The notes: generated from the letters alone by a model not told the origin. Counted from the first letter of the whole stretch, positions 29,283 to 40,500 are shown. The stretch: 62,245 nt of DNA, filler included, from 4 parts of 4 records of this genome joined end to end with filler, not necessarily neighbours in it; one strand, 5' to 3'. Numbers and translations: made by a program.

Positions 29283-30074
29283 TTAATAAGTTTCTTTTTC
29301 AGTTGGAAACTGTAAAGTTTTTACATCTTTTGCATAATTTTGTACTGCATCTTTTACCAATGAGGTACCATCAAGATATTTTTTTACAAACTTTGGATAA
29401 TTTCCTTGTAAAAATCCTAACATATCTGACCATACTAAAACTTGCCCATCTGTATCACCACCAGCACCTATTCCAATAGTTGGAATATCGATAGCTTCTG
29501 AGATCAATTTACCTGCTTCAGGTTTCACACCCTCAACTACTATCATACAAGCACCTGCTTTTTCTATAGCTTGTGCATCTTCAATGAGTAATTGAATATT
29601 AGATTCATCTTTCCCTTTGACCTTATACCCACCTTCACTTCTTACATTTTGAGGCATAAGTCCGATGTGTCCTACTACAGCAATGGAGTTTTTTGTCAAA
29701 TACTCTATAATAGAAGCTTTGCTTTTTCCACCTTCGATTTTTACAGCATCTGCATTGGTTTTTTGAAAAACTTCTATAGAACTTTCAAGAGCTTTTATTT
29801 CATTATAGTATGTTCCAAAAGGGAGATCACAGATAATAAAAGTATTTTTTGCACCATTACAAACAGCTTTTGTGTGATATATCATCTGTTCAAGAGTGCT
29901 GCTTAAAGTATCGCTTTCCCCTGCGAAGCTCATATTTAAACTATCTCCTACCAAGATACAATCAACTTCACCATCAAAAATAGCAGCAAAAAGTGCATCA
30001 TATGCAGTGATTACCGTTATCTTTTCATTTTTTTGCTTTTTACTTAACAGAGTTTGGATAGTCTGTTTTTTCAT
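29283..30074 (-). CDS. panB: 3-methyl-2-oxobutanoate hydroxymethyltransferase
   Basis: TAYDA, LVGDSL, DLPFG, AVKIEGG, GHIGLMPQ, IGIGAG, DGQVLV; start moved to ATG 30074 after an AAAGGA RBS. Confidence 0.97.
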   Translation of the reverse strand: MKKQTIQTLLSKKQKNEKITVITAYDALFAAIFDGEVDCILVGDSLNMSFAGESDTLSSTLEQMIYHTKAVCNGAKNTFIICDLPFGTYYNEIKALESSIEVFQKTNADAVKIEGGKSKASIIEYLTKNSIAVVGHIGLMPQNVRSEGGYKVKGKDESNIQLLIEDAQAIEKAGACMIVVEGVKPEAGKLISEAIDIPTIGIGAGGDTDGQVLVWSDMLGFLQGNYPKFVKKYLDGTSLVKDAVQNYAKDVKTLQFPTEKETY

Positions 30075-30188
30075 AGAGTAATGATCCTTTGTTACCATTA
30101 TATGTTTGTTATGAATAATGTGGTAATATTGTACCCAAATAAAATTAATCATATTATTAATTATAAATAATTATACATTAGGAAAAAA

Positions 30189-30929
30189 ATGAAAAAACTA
30201 GTAGGTTATATAACAGCATCTATCCCAGATAATAATTTTACTATTGATCTCGCTTTAAGTATGAAAGAAGCAGGTATCGATACCCTAGAACTTGGTATCC
30301 CTTTTTCAGACCCTGTTGCTGATGGACCAGTTATAGAAAAAGCAAGTCTTATGGCACTTCAAAATGGCTTTCATTTAAATGATCTTTTTGAAATATCTTC
30401 ACAAGTTGCTCCAAAAGTTGATACTTTATGGATGGGATATATGAATCCTTATTTTCATTATGGAATTGAAAAATTTCTAGCAAAAGGGAAAGAGTATAAT
30501 ATACAAGGATCAATCATCCCAGATCTTCCATTTGAAGAGTCAAGTGCTTTCAAAGAACTTTTTTCAAAATATGATCAAACTATCATAGACTTTGTAGCAC
30601 CAACTGATTCTCTTGAGAGAATCCAAAAGATCATTACAAGTAGTCAAAAATTTATCTACCTTGTAGCCTATGCAGGGATTACAGGAAGTGATGCAAAAGA
30701 AGACTTAAGCGAAGTGATTAATAATATTCGAAGTACTACACAAACTCCTCTTTATATTGGATTTGGAGTCAATGAACAAACTGCAAAAGAAAAAGCAAAA
30801 GATGTTGATGGAGTGATCGTAGGAACAAGCTTCGTAAAACACTTAATCGATGAGAGTTTGAGTAACAAAGAAAAAATGGATAAAATCCTTAGTGCCACTA
30901 AAATTATCAAAGAGGAGATAAATAGTTAA
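30189..30929 (+). CDS. trpA: Tryptophan synthase alpha chain
   Basis: LELGIPFSDPVADGPVI, MGYMNP, IIPDLP, GITG, IGFGV, DGVIVG. Confidence 0.96.
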   Translation: MKKLVGYITASIPDNNFTIDLALSMKEAGIDTLELGIPFSDPVADGPVIEKASLMALQNGFHLNDLFEISSQVAPKVDTLWMGYMNPYFHYGIEKFLAKGKEYNIQGSIIPDLPFEESSAFKELFSKYDQTIIDFVAPTDSLERIQKIITSSQKFIYLVAYAGITGSDAKEDLSEVINNIRSTTQTPLYIGFGVNEQTAKEKAKDVDGVIVGTSFVKHLIDESLSNKEKMDKILSATKIIKEEINS

Positions 30930-30952
30930 GATAGTATAAATACTACTTATAC

Positions 30953-30958
30953 TATAAT
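30953..30958 (+). promoter_or_regulatory. Sigma70 -10 box upstream of the tRNA
   Basis: TATAAT 14 nt before the tRNA 5' end, overlapping an ATAGTATAA/TTATACTAT inverted repeat. Confidence 0.5.
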
Positions 30959-30972
30959 TCCACTTTTTAATT

Positions 30973-31049
30973 GACCCCGTCGTCTAGCTGGCCAAGGACG
31001 TTTGGATTTCCTCCAAAAAACGTAAGTTCAAATCTTACTGGGGTCGCCA
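30973..31049 (+). tRNA. tRNA-Glu(TTC) with an atypical anticodon loop
   Basis: Acceptor GACCCCG/TGGGGTC + G73 + CCA; D-arm GTC..TGGCCAAG..GAC; anticodon stem TTTGG/CCAAA, loop ATTTCCT; 4-nt variable loop; T-arm GTAAG-TTCAAAT-CTTAC. Confidence 0.88.
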
Positions 31050-31195
31050 AATACTTTCATTGTTCTCTTTTTAATTTTACTTTATATAAACGATCTTTAT
31101 CACTCTTATAATTTTTAGAATAATAACTTTTATTTATAGTTAAACTTTAATGGTTATAATAAAAAAGCACTACCTAAGGGAAGGAGAGTGATCAA

Positions 31196-32671
31196 ATGAA
31201 TTCAAAAAAATTAATTTTTAAATATCTACTTTTTATCTCATTGATGCTTTTGATCTTTTTAAGTGGTAGAATATACTATGATAAAATACATCAACAAAAT
31301 ATGATGCAAGAAAGATTGTTAAGTTTATCGACTAATATTGATAATGCTTTAGATATCTCAAAAAGTGATCTAGTAAAAAACTATACCATGCTCACAACTC
31401 ATTTTATGAACTCAGAAAAACTTTATCAATACTTTAAAAATAAACAAAGAGAAGCATTATACACTTTCTTGAAAAAAGACTATGAAGACTTCAAAACTAT
31501 TGATCCAAACCTTTTTGTAATGCATTTTTTTGATAAAAATAATATAACTATATTAAGAATGCATAAACCAAACTCTTATAATGATGATCTTAGTCAAAAA
31601 AGACCAATTGTAGCATTTGTTAATAAATCTTTAAAAGCTCAAAATGCTTTTGAGGTTGGGAAAAATGGAATTGTTTATAGAATAACTAGTCCCTATATTT
31701 ACAACAATGAACATATTGGTGCTTTAGAGTTTGGGATCAGATTTACTTATTTTACTGATCTTTTAAAAAACAAATTTCATGTATCAAATGCTCAACTTGT
31801 TAAAACAGACCACTTAGATATATTGATTGCAAAGAAACAATACCCTACACTTAAAAACTACTCTGTTGTGGCTCATGATCCTATTTTTAACACTGTTATG
31901 GATAAAATAGATATTTCAAAAGATAAACAGATCATAGAACATAATAATAAAACCTATTTAGTATGTTCTAATAACCTTACAGATTATAATGATCAGATTG
32001 TCTCAAAAATAATATCACTCAAAGATATCTCTTCGATTGTAGAGAAAAAGAACTTATGGCTTCAGATGGTCAATACTTCATCTATTATTGTATACTTGCT
32101 TATTATATTGATCATTTATATGATATTGAATAAATTTTCTAATGAGATACAAAACCACACAAAAACGATCACAAAACTCAATAGAAAATCAAAATATTTA
32201 CAAAATAAAGCCAATACAGATGAACTTACAAAGATTTATAATAAACGATATTTTAATAACTATTTAGACAAATTTATAGACTCAAGTGAAAAAGGATGTT
32301 TACTGTTTTTTGATATTGATCACTTCAAAAACATCAATGATCTCCATGGACATTTAGTAGGTGATGAGATTCTAAAACAATTAGCAAAACTAGTACGCTC
32401 TCATCTAAGACAAGATGACCTATTTGCTAGATGGGGAGGGGAAGAGTTTATTATTATTTTAAATGATCTTCCCTTTGAGCTTGCATATAAGAAAGCTGAC
32501 ATATTAAGAAAAACTATTGAAAAGACTCCATTGTATCAAGATATTACAATCACTATCTCTATTGGATTATCAACTATTGATCATAATGAGTCAACAAAAG
32601 AGTTGATCCATAGAGTTGATACACTTCTCTACCAAGCAAAAGAGAATGGTAGAAATTGTGTGATCTTCTAG
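31196..32671 (+). CDS. Membrane diguanylate cyclase with Cache-like periplasmic domain
   Basis: Two TM helices, ILRMHKP...DDLS.KRP periplasmic motif, TDELTKIYN, DIDHFK, RWGGEEF. Confidence 0.9.
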   Translation: MNSKKLIFKYLLFISLMLLIFLSGRIYYDKIHQQNMMQERLLSLSTNIDNALDISKSDLVKNYTMLTTHFMNSEKLYQYFKNKQREALYTFLKKDYEDFKTIDPNLFVMHFFDKNNITILRMHKPNSYNDDLSQKRPIVAFVNKSLKAQNAFEVGKNGIVYRITSPYIYNNEHIGALEFGIRFTYFTDLLKNKFHVSNAQLVKTDHLDILIAKKQYPTLKNYSVVAHDPIFNTVMDKIDISKDKQIIEHNNKTYLVCSNNLTDYNDQIVSKIISLKDISSIVEKKNLWLQMVNTSSIIVYLLIILIIYMILNKFSNEIQNHTKTITKLNRKSKYLQNKANTDELTKIYNKRYFNNYLDKFIDSSEKGCLLFFDIDHFKNINDLHGHLVGDEILKQLAKLVRSHLRQDDLFARWGGEEFIIILNDLPFELAYKKADILRKTIEKTPLYQDITITISIGLSTIDHNESTKELIHRVDTLLYQAKENGRNCVIF

Positions 32672-33796
32672 CTATTTTAAACTTTGAATTGTTTTTAATT
32701 GTGCTTTGATCTTTTTAGTATATGTTAATGCAGTATTATTTGAAGAATCTAAGTTCAATACCTCTTGAAATTTCTTTAATGCTTTATTGTAGTTTTGATT
32801 ATTATAATACTGTGTTGCTTTTTTAATCATTTTCGGTATCTGCCGTTTTAATTCAGAATTGGCTTTTTTGATTATACTCAAAGCTTGTGAGTTATTATCA
32901 TTAAAAGAAAGAATATCATTAGCAATATTCATTGCCTTTTTATAATCATTACTTTGTAGTGCAGAGATTGCTTCATTTTCCATATTTTTCAACTCATCAT
33001 ACCTATCTATTTTGGAAAGATAACTAGAAGAGATTCTATCTTTTTTATAAAGCTTTTCAATAAACTCAAACTTTTGTTTTGCTAGATCAAACTGTTTTTG
33101 TTCAAATAGCTCAACACCAATATCTCTTAATAAATATCTTTTTTGAGCAAGTATCTCTTTTGCTTTAAGAACTAATGGATCAAGATCATCATATGAAGCT
33201 AATTTATCAATCATATCATTTAACTGTAAAAGATATTTTTCTTCATTGGAGGTTTTATTGAGTAACAAAACAGCCAACCTTTGTTTATCTTTTTGCAATA
33301 ATTCAACAACTTCTTTATTTTGACGTAATATATTATAAAGAGCTTTTCCATTTTTATATGTTGGATCATTTCTCATTAATTCATTCAAATAAAAAAGTTT
33401 TTTTAATATATCATTATGAGTATTAAGTGCCTTGTCATAATAGTATGTTCCATTTGCCTCTATTCTTGTTTTCAATTTATTCAGTCTTTTTTTCGAGATC
33501 AACTCTTTATCGTGATAGAAATTGATCAATTCATAAGTTTGATAAGCTTTTAAAAAATAGGTTTTTTCATAATAGGTATCTGCATCATCGATCAAATGGT
33601 TTATATCATTTTTTATATTTTTATATAAAAGTCTTTTTTCATCTTTAGAAAGCTGAGACTTTATTTCATCAATCGAACATGCACATTTTACAACTTTTTG
33701 AACTTTTTTAGACTGCTCTTTAGGCGGTTTTGGATCATTTACACATCCTGTAAAAAGAACCATAAATAAAATAGATAGAATAAAAAACATTTTCAT
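32672..33796 (-). CDS. TPR-repeat lipoprotein
   Basis: Lipobox LFTGC; helical TPR-like repeats (YNKALKKFQEVLNLDSSN). Confidence 0.8.
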   Translation of the reverse strand: MKMFFILSILFMVLFTGCVNDPKPPKEQSKKVQKVVKCACSIDEIKSQLSKDEKRLLYKNIKNDINHLIDDADTYYEKTYFLKAYQTYELINFYHDKELISKKRLNKLKTRIEANGTYYYDKALNTHNDILKKLFYLNELMRNDPTYKNGKALYNILRQNKEVVELLQKDKQRLAVLLLNKTSNEEKYLLQLNDMIDKLASYDDLDPLVLKAKEILAQKRYLLRDIGVELFEQKQFDLAKQKFEFIEKLYKKDRISSSYLSKIDRYDELKNMENEAISALQSNDYKKAMNIANDILSFNDNNSQALSIIKKANSELKRQIPKMIKKATQYYNNQNYNKALKKFQEVLNLDSSNNTALTYTKKIKAQLKTIQSLK

Positions 33797-33808
33797 ATCA
33801 AAATCCCT

Positions 33809-35233
33809 TTAAAAATATATAGCTTGTACTGTAACATCTTTTGATATCCCTTTTACTTTGATCGGTTCTAAATCTTGGTATTGAAAAATCTTTTTTGTAA
33901 GTTTCATAGTATTAGTAGAGACCAATATCTCTTCAGCCCTTGCAGTTGAACATAATCTTGATGCAAGATTTACAGTACTTCCAATAGAAGTATAATCCAT
34001 CCTCTCTTTAGAACCAATATTTCCAACAATCACCTCTCCATGATTTATCCCAATCCCAACTAAACATTTACTCAAACCATTTTGTTCTCTTTTTACATTA
34101 TGTTCTTGTAAACTTTTTTGGATCTCAATGGCCGCTTCTATAGCTCTGTCAACTGAGTTTTCTCCATAAAATGATGCCATCACTTCATCTCCAATAAATT
34201 TATCTATATCTCCCCCATATGCTTTTATGATATTTGATTGGATATTAAGATAAAAATTGATTATTGAAACCACTTCATCAGGCTTTTTTGTCTCACTCAT
34301 AGCAGTAAATCCACGCACATCAGAGAATAAAAATGTCATCTCTTTATACTCTCCACCCAATTGTAAATGCTTCTGTGTATCATTATTGTGTATCATATCT
34401 AAAGTAAGTCCTGATACAAACTTCTGCATCTTCGAGTGTTCTCTTAGATCCTTAATCATATTATTAAACTTATCACAAAGAACTTCTATCTCATCATTTG
34501 TAGATATCTCTAGTTTAATATCTAGATCCCCTTTTGAAACCTTTGTAGCTGCATCTGCAACTGATAAAATAGGCTTTGTAAGATGAAGACCTACAAAATA
34601 TAAAAAGATAATAGTAAAAGCAAGAATAAAAAAAGTAATTGATAAAGCTACCAAGATCACTTGCTTAATGATCCCATTAATAGAGCTTTTATCATAATGT
34701 AAGGTACTCACTCCAAGATATATTTTTTCACCTTGAAACATATAACTAATAGGTAAAACAAATTGATAAGTTTGTATCTTTTTATTTTCTATTTCAATAC
34801 TAGAATTATAATAAAAAACCTCACCTAAAATAGGTTTTTCAAGCTTTTGTAATAAGACTTTGTCTTGTAATAGTTCACCTTTTTTATATCTATTAAATCC
34901 TGCTAGATATTCAAAATTAAAGTTTGATTCTGATTTTACTCTTGCAAAAATAGAAACATCAACAAGACCCTCGACTTTTGATTTGTGCACCTCATTGATA
35001 TTTTCTGTTAAATTAAGCTCATTTTCATATGTTCGCTCTAGTAAAGCATGTACAGAAGTTTCACTAATCCTTTCAATCAGTGTTGTGGCAACCTCAAAAG
35101 CTTTACTCTCAATAGAACTTTTCATTAGTGTAATAATAGAAGAGCTTACAATGGTCACCGTTAAAAGAATCGTTAAAACCATAAAGCCGATGAACTTTAA
35201 CTTTAATCCACCTTTTCGAAGTAACTTTTTCAT
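33809..35233 (-). CDS. Class III adenylate/guanylate cyclase with HAMP domain
   Basis: Two TM helices, HAMP (PILSVADAA...DEIEVL), FLFSDVRGFT, DKFIGDEVMA, DYTSIGSTVNLASRL. Confidence 0.92.
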   Translation of the reverse strand: MKKLLRKGGLKLKFIGFMVLTILLTVTIVSSSIITLMKSSIESKAFEVATTLIERISETSVHALLERTYENELNLTENINEVHKSKVEGLVDVSIFARVKSESNFNFEYLAGFNRYKKGELLQDKVLLQKLEKPILGEVFYYNSSIEIENKKIQTYQFVLPISYMFQGEKIYLGVSTLHYDKSSINGIIKQVILVALSITFFILAFTIIFLYFVGLHLTKPILSVADAATKVSKGDLDIKLEISTNDEIEVLCDKFNNMIKDLREHSKMQKFVSGLTLDMIHNNDTQKHLQLGGEYKEMTFLFSDVRGFTAMSETKKPDEVVSIINFYLNIQSNIIKAYGGDIDKFIGDEVMASFYGENSVDRAIEAAIEIQKSLQEHNVKREQNGLSKCLVGIGINHGEVIVGNIGSKERMDYTSIGSTVNLASRLCSTARAEEILVSTNTMKLTKKIFQYQDLEPIKVKGISKDVTVQAIYF

Positions 35234-35408
35234 ACCATACCATTTATATTTTTCTTACGATAGTATCATTTTACTACTTAAATATAATTAATCAATAAGA
35301 TTCTAAATTTAGGCAATGATTTTATCATAATAGTAATAAATATTATATGTATTGACTTTCCTTATAAAATCAATTATAATCTATATACTATATACCTAAG
35401 GGGAAATT

Positions 35409-35600
35409 TTGAAATTCTTAAAGCTTTATTGTGAAAAAGAACAAGAAGAGATCATTATCAATCCTGTTCAAATCGTTTCAATCAAAGAATCAAAAATGTA
35501 TGAAGATACAGGAACACTATCACTTTCAAACGGCAAAGAGGTAAAACTTAGTGGGGATGATTGGAAAAAACTTAAAAAAGCATTGGAGAACTCTTTATAG
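35409..35600 (+). CDS. Small hypothetical protein, weakly FlbD-like
   Basis: AAGGGGA RBS before TTG; IIINPVQIVSIKE...TLSLSNGKEV pattern. Confidence 0.55.
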   Translation: MKFLKLYCEKEQEEIIINPVQIVSIKESKMYEDTGTLSLSNGKEVKLSGDDWKKLKKALENSL

Positions 35601-35821
35601 TGAAAAAGTTTTGCTTTTTAGTATTTATTCTTTTTCAAACAGTATATGCTTACACAGCTCCCAATCTAGTTCCAGATAAGCTAAAAAAACTACAGCTTAA
35701 TAAAACTAAAAATACTCAAACCAACCAATATACCTTAGAACAAAAACTTCAAGCGCAACAACAGATAAAAGAAAAAAAACTAAGCTATGAAAAAAAACTT
35801 ACTCAAAAATTAAAAAAATAA
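35600..35821 (+). CDS. Small exported basic protein
   Basis: Signal peptide-like MKKFCFLVFILFQTVYA; start overlaps the upstream stop. Confidence 0.5.
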   Translation: MKKFCFLVFILFQTVYAYTAPNLVPDKLKKLQLNKTKNTQTNQYTLEQKLQAQQQIKEKKLSYEKKLTQKLKK

Positions 35822-35923
35822 ATATCCAATACAAATGAAACCATAACTTTATATCAAATTATGCTATAATTTATAAAGTTATGTTTTTAGTCAAAAACCT
35901 TTAAATCAACACAAAATAAAAGT

Positions 35924-37129
35924 ATGCCCATGGAAGATCTATACACTATAAATAAATGTAAAAAAGAACTTTTTCAATATGAAACTATGATGGAAAAACT
36001 TTTAGTTCCTGTATTGATAACTTCAAAAAAATCAAGAAAAATCATTTATGCAAATGAATATGCTTCAGAACAATATGAAACCACTCTAGATCAACTTATT
36101 GGCTCCCCTATAGATGTGGTATACACAGATAAAAATCAAAGAGAATATATACTCAAACACTGTAATGAAAAAGGGATCGTTGAAAGTTTAGAGATGGAGT
36201 TTAAAACCTTTAAAGGAAATATTTTTACTGGTCTTCTTTCTTTAATAGATATTACATACCATGATGAGGATTGTTTTTTTGGATTAGTTAAAGATATAAG
36301 CTTACAAAAAGAACAACAAGAAAAACTCAAAAAACTCAATAATGAGTTAGATGAATATAAGAACAGTTTAGAAAAACTAGTTGAAATTGAAGTTGAAAAA
36401 CGAGAAGAGAGTGAAAGAATCATTATGAGACAAGCAAAACATGCAGCTATGGGAGAAATGATCGATGCAGTCGCACATCAGTGGAAACAACCCATATCCA
36501 TAATGTCACTTCTTGTAGATAATCTTATATTTCAATATGACTATACTGAACTCAATAGAGAAACACTGGAAAAATTCAAAATAAAATTTAATATTCAAAG
36601 GGAACTTATGATCGAGACCCTTAATGAATTTAGGGATTTCTTACGACCAAATAAAGATATAGAAAACTTTAGTATTCAAGAGTGTGTCAAAAGTGTATGC
36701 TTATTATTACAAGATGAATTGATCGCAAATCACATCCAAGTAAAACAAGAAATTAAAGATGACTTTGAGATAAGCAGTGTAGAAAATGAGTTTAAACATA
36801 CTTTGATTAATATTCTTAATAATGCAAAAGATGCTTTTAAAATATCAAACAAAAAATATGAAAGATTTGTCACAATTTATACTATTTTTGATAATAATCA
36901 AAAAAAACTAATCATTGAGGATAATGCGGGAGGGATACCTGAAGATATTATAAATGATATATTTAAAGCAAATGTTACCTCTAAAGAAGAAAATGGTGGA
37001 ACAGGGATTGGTCTTTATATGACAACACAAATACTTGATAAATTTAATATATTTATTACCTGTGAAAATATTGAAAATGGAGCACGATTTATTTTTGATT
37101 TTGAAAAAAACAATCTTATTTTACATTAA
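35924..37129 (+). CDS. PAS-domain sensor histidine kinase
   Basis: IIYANEYA (PAS), MGEMIDAVAHQWKQP (H box), NILNNAKDA, EDNAGGI, GTGIGLY. Confidence 0.92.
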   Translation: MPMEDLYTINKCKKELFQYETMMEKLLVPVLITSKKSRKIIYANEYASEQYETTLDQLIGSPIDVVYTDKNQREYILKHCNEKGIVESLEMEFKTFKGNIFTGLLSLIDITYHDEDCFFGLVKDISLQKEQQEKLKKLNNELDEYKNSLEKLVEIEVEKREESERIIMRQAKHAAMGEMIDAVAHQWKQPISIMSLLVDNLIFQYDYTELNRETLEKFKIKFNIQRELMIETLNEFRDFLRPNKDIENFSIQECVKSVCLLLQDELIANHIQVKQEIKDDFEISSVENEFKHTLINILNNAKDAFKISNKKYERFVTIYTIFDNNQKKLIIEDNAGGIPEDIINDIFKANVTSKEENGGTGIGLYMTTQILDKFNIFITCENIENGARFIFDFEKNNLILH

Positions 37130-37140
37130 TTTTTAATTAA

Positions 37141-37163
37141 AGAGACTACCTAAAGTAGTCTCT
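37141..37163. terminator. Hairpin between convergent genes (likely terminator)
   Basis: AGAGACTAC-CTAAA-GTAGTCTCT. Confidence 0.65.
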
Positions 37164-37172
37164 ATTTAACTT

Positions 37173-37338
37173 TTATATATCTAATTCAATAACCTTCCAA
37201 GGAAGTCCCTGAGTCATCAATTCATCCATATAAGCTTGCGAAGCAAACTCTTCTACGTTTCTAGCACCTTTGAGATCCCAAGTACCATTATAAACCAGTT
37301 TTGTTCCGATCATTGCAGGAACTCCTGTAGTATAACTT
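37173..37338 (-). CDS. Saccharopine dehydrogenase family / carboxynorspermidine dehydrogenase, C-terminal fragment
   Basis: Manual translation SYTTGVPAMIGTKLVYNGTWDLKGARNVEEF...MDELMTQGLPWKVIELDI*; not in the ORF track. Confidence 0.85.
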
Positions 37339-37438
37339 NNNNNNNNNNNNNNNNNNNNNNNNNNNNNNNNNNNNNNNNNNNNTTAATTAATTAANNNNNN
37401 NNNNNNNNNNNNNNNNNNNNNNNNNNNNNNNNNNNNNN
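37339..37438. other. Artificial contig spacer
   Basis: 44 N + TTAATTAATTAA + 44 N. Confidence 0.98.
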
Positions 37439-37562
37439 GACCCAGACCCAATTTTATCTGCTGATCCGAGTTATGTGCTAATGAATACGGGGCGACTACG
37501 GTCAAACCGATTTCATATAAATGTAGTATTGAGTTTCTTAAAAAGCTGAGAACTGAATTTGT

Positions 37563-40500
37563 TTATGATTCTATATTTTCTTTAGGAGCTGCTTGGTTTG
37601 GAGATGGAATTGTTTTAGTTTCTTGCAGTGAAATAGAGAATGTAAAAGTAGATCCTTCTCCTGATTTTGAATGCACACTTAATTTGCCCCCTAAAAGAAC
37701 GGATAGGCTTTTGCATATAGCCAAACCTAAACCAATACCAGGTTTTCCACTATTTTGATCACGACTCAGTTTTACAAACTGACTGAAAATAATCTGCTGT
37801 TGTTTGTTGTTGATTCCAATGCCACTGTCTTTTACGTAGAATTCCAGACGGTTATTTTGTATGTGTGCACCAATTACAATACTGCCTTTTTTAGTAAATT
37901 TTAGCGCATTACTCATCAGGTTTACCAGTATTTGTCTAATTCGGTACTCATCTGAATATAATTTTAAGTCTTTGTCCGGTATTTGATTTGATTTTAGTAT
38001 CTCAAGGTTTTCGTTTGTATTTCTTAAAGAAAATGAAGAGTGAATATCATTTAGCAAATGGCTGATTGAAAAGTGACTTTTCTTAATTTTTAATTGGTTT
38101 GCTTCAATTTGTGAAAAGTCAAGAATATCTTCAATTAGCATTAATAAGGCGTTAGAATTACTAATGATTAAATTAATAAACTGATCTTTTTCTTCGTTGG
38201 TAAGATCTACATCTTTAAGCAATGAAGAAAAACCAACAATAGCATTCATAGGAGTACGAATCTCGTGGCTCATGTTAGCCAGAAAATAAGATTTTAATCG
38301 ATCTGATTTTTCTGCTTTTTCCTTAGCTATAATCAATTGGCTTGTTCGTTGTTCAACCATTGATTCTAAGTGGTCTTTGTGCTCCTGCAGTTCTTCCTTT
38401 TGTTGAATCAGTAATTCGTTTTGCTTTTGAATTGTATGGGTTCTATTGGTTACTTTTTTCTGTAAAATGATTTTCGCCTGCCTTAATGTTTTTTCTCTTA
38501 GGTGAATGATAAAGTAAACAAATGTTAGAACAAGTGCCCCTATGATAAAGTAGAACCAGGCTTTATTCCAGTATGGTTTTTCGATTATAATGGTAACCTG
38601 GTCGCCTATTGGATTCCAGAGGCCATCACTATTGGAAGAAGTAACTTGGAATTGATAAGTGCCGGGTTTCAAATAATTATATACGGCTCTATTGATAAAT
38701 CCATATTGATATTTCCCACCATCTGCATTTGTAAGAATATATTTATATTGAGTTTTATTTTTAAAGGTAAAATTATTGGCCTGAAAAGTTAATTCGATTC
38801 TGTTTTGATGCCAATCAAGATGCACAGTGTCGCTTTCGGATACGTTTATGTATTTTTCACCAATATTTGCTTTTTTAGAATAAGCAAATATACCGAGTAG
38901 ATTAACTTTGGGTGTGTATTCGTTTCTCTTAATTAGCTCCGGAAAAAAACAGTCAATACCATTTGTTCCTCCAAAATAAAGTTTTCCACTTTTGGTTTTC
39001 AAAGAAGATTGGTTGAAGTACTGATTTCCCTGCAGTTCATCTGAACTGTTATAAATATAGACGATATGGTCATCGGTTAAAACCTGATTTAATCCTTTAT
39101 TGGTTGAAACCCATACTTCATTCTCATTAACACAGTTTAAGGAGCTGATGAAATTGCTAGACAGTCCATTGTCTTCATTATATCTAGCAATTAGCTTTTG
39201 ATTACGATTATACATAAATACCCCATTTTCACCGGAGCCAACTAAATAATTCAGTTTTTCATCAATATCAATACAAACAATATCTTCCAAGGTAATTTTA
39301 CTTTCTATAAAATCGAAGATCAACTCATCCCAAAACATGAGTCCTTTTTGAGGTCCGACCAGCATGATTTTTTCGTTTCTGTTCGAGGTAAACACCTTAT
39401 TCACCCCAAGTTGATTTCCAGGTGTAAACTGGCGGTGATATTTTTGGATACCCTTATGATCGTACATAACAACATCGCCTTTGTGTGTAGCCAGCCATAA
39501 ACGATCTAAACTATCCAAAGAGGCATCCCATATAATTCCACGATTATGATTTAAAACATAATCACCATGTAATGTTAATGGTTTAATATTTGATGTTCGG
39601 GGATTGTATACATCTAAAAGATTTGGCCAGGAACAAATAATAATATTTCCATTGCTGTCTTCTGATAAGGATCGAATAGTATTGGCCCGAAGGTTGGAGT
39701 TTGCTGTAGTAAGAGTGTTAAAGTAATCTGTTTCTGGATTTAAAATATTTATTCCACCTCCATCGGTTCCAACCCAAATGCTACCTTGTTTATCTTCAAG
39801 TAGGCAGCCAATTACGCTATTCGTAAGGTGTTTGTTGTGATTAGTAAAAGGGTTAATGTCTCCCTTTCTGTATACTTTGAAACGCGCCTCTTTGGGGTTA
39901 TAATAATTTACACCACCTCTGGATGTTCCCAACCATAGAATACCTTCCTGGTCTATAGAAAGCGTTAATATTCCATCTGAAGTTAAATTTCCAGCATTGC
40001 TTTGAAAAGAGTTGATATAGTTAAAACGCTTAGTTTTTTTATTGAATACATTAATACCTCCTTGGTTTGTACCAATAAGTATATTTTCGTTGTCAAATTC
40101 AACCAGCTGATTTAATAAATAAGTATTAATACCTTCTCCATTTCGGTTTAATCTGAAATGGGTAAATAAACCGCTTTTCTTGTTAAAGGAAGCAAAACTA
40201 TATCCGCTTATGGTAAGCCAAATTTCGTTTTCGTTATCAATCAAAATTTGTTTGTGACAGCTTCTTCTTGCTAAGTTGTTGATCTCATAATTGCTATTTT
40301 TTTTTGTTGAGGGATTATATTGGGTAAGGTATTGAGCAATGTAAGCAATCCATAAATTACCTTCTTTATCCTCATTAATAGAACTAATTTTCTTTTTAAA
40401 AGATTCGTTTAATGAGTGGTGAATCAAAGTGTCTTTTATATGAATATATTCATATAAGCCATTGCTTGTTCCAAGCCATAATCTTTTATTAGAATCTTCG

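Noticed and set aside
31050-37338. tRNA-integrated mobile element
   Set aside because: No integrase and no duplicated tRNA 3' end were seen within the contig.
37439-37549. Open plus-strand frame at the start of contig C (DPDPILSADP...FLKS*)
   Set aside because: It may be the 3' end of a truncated gene but is too short to identify.
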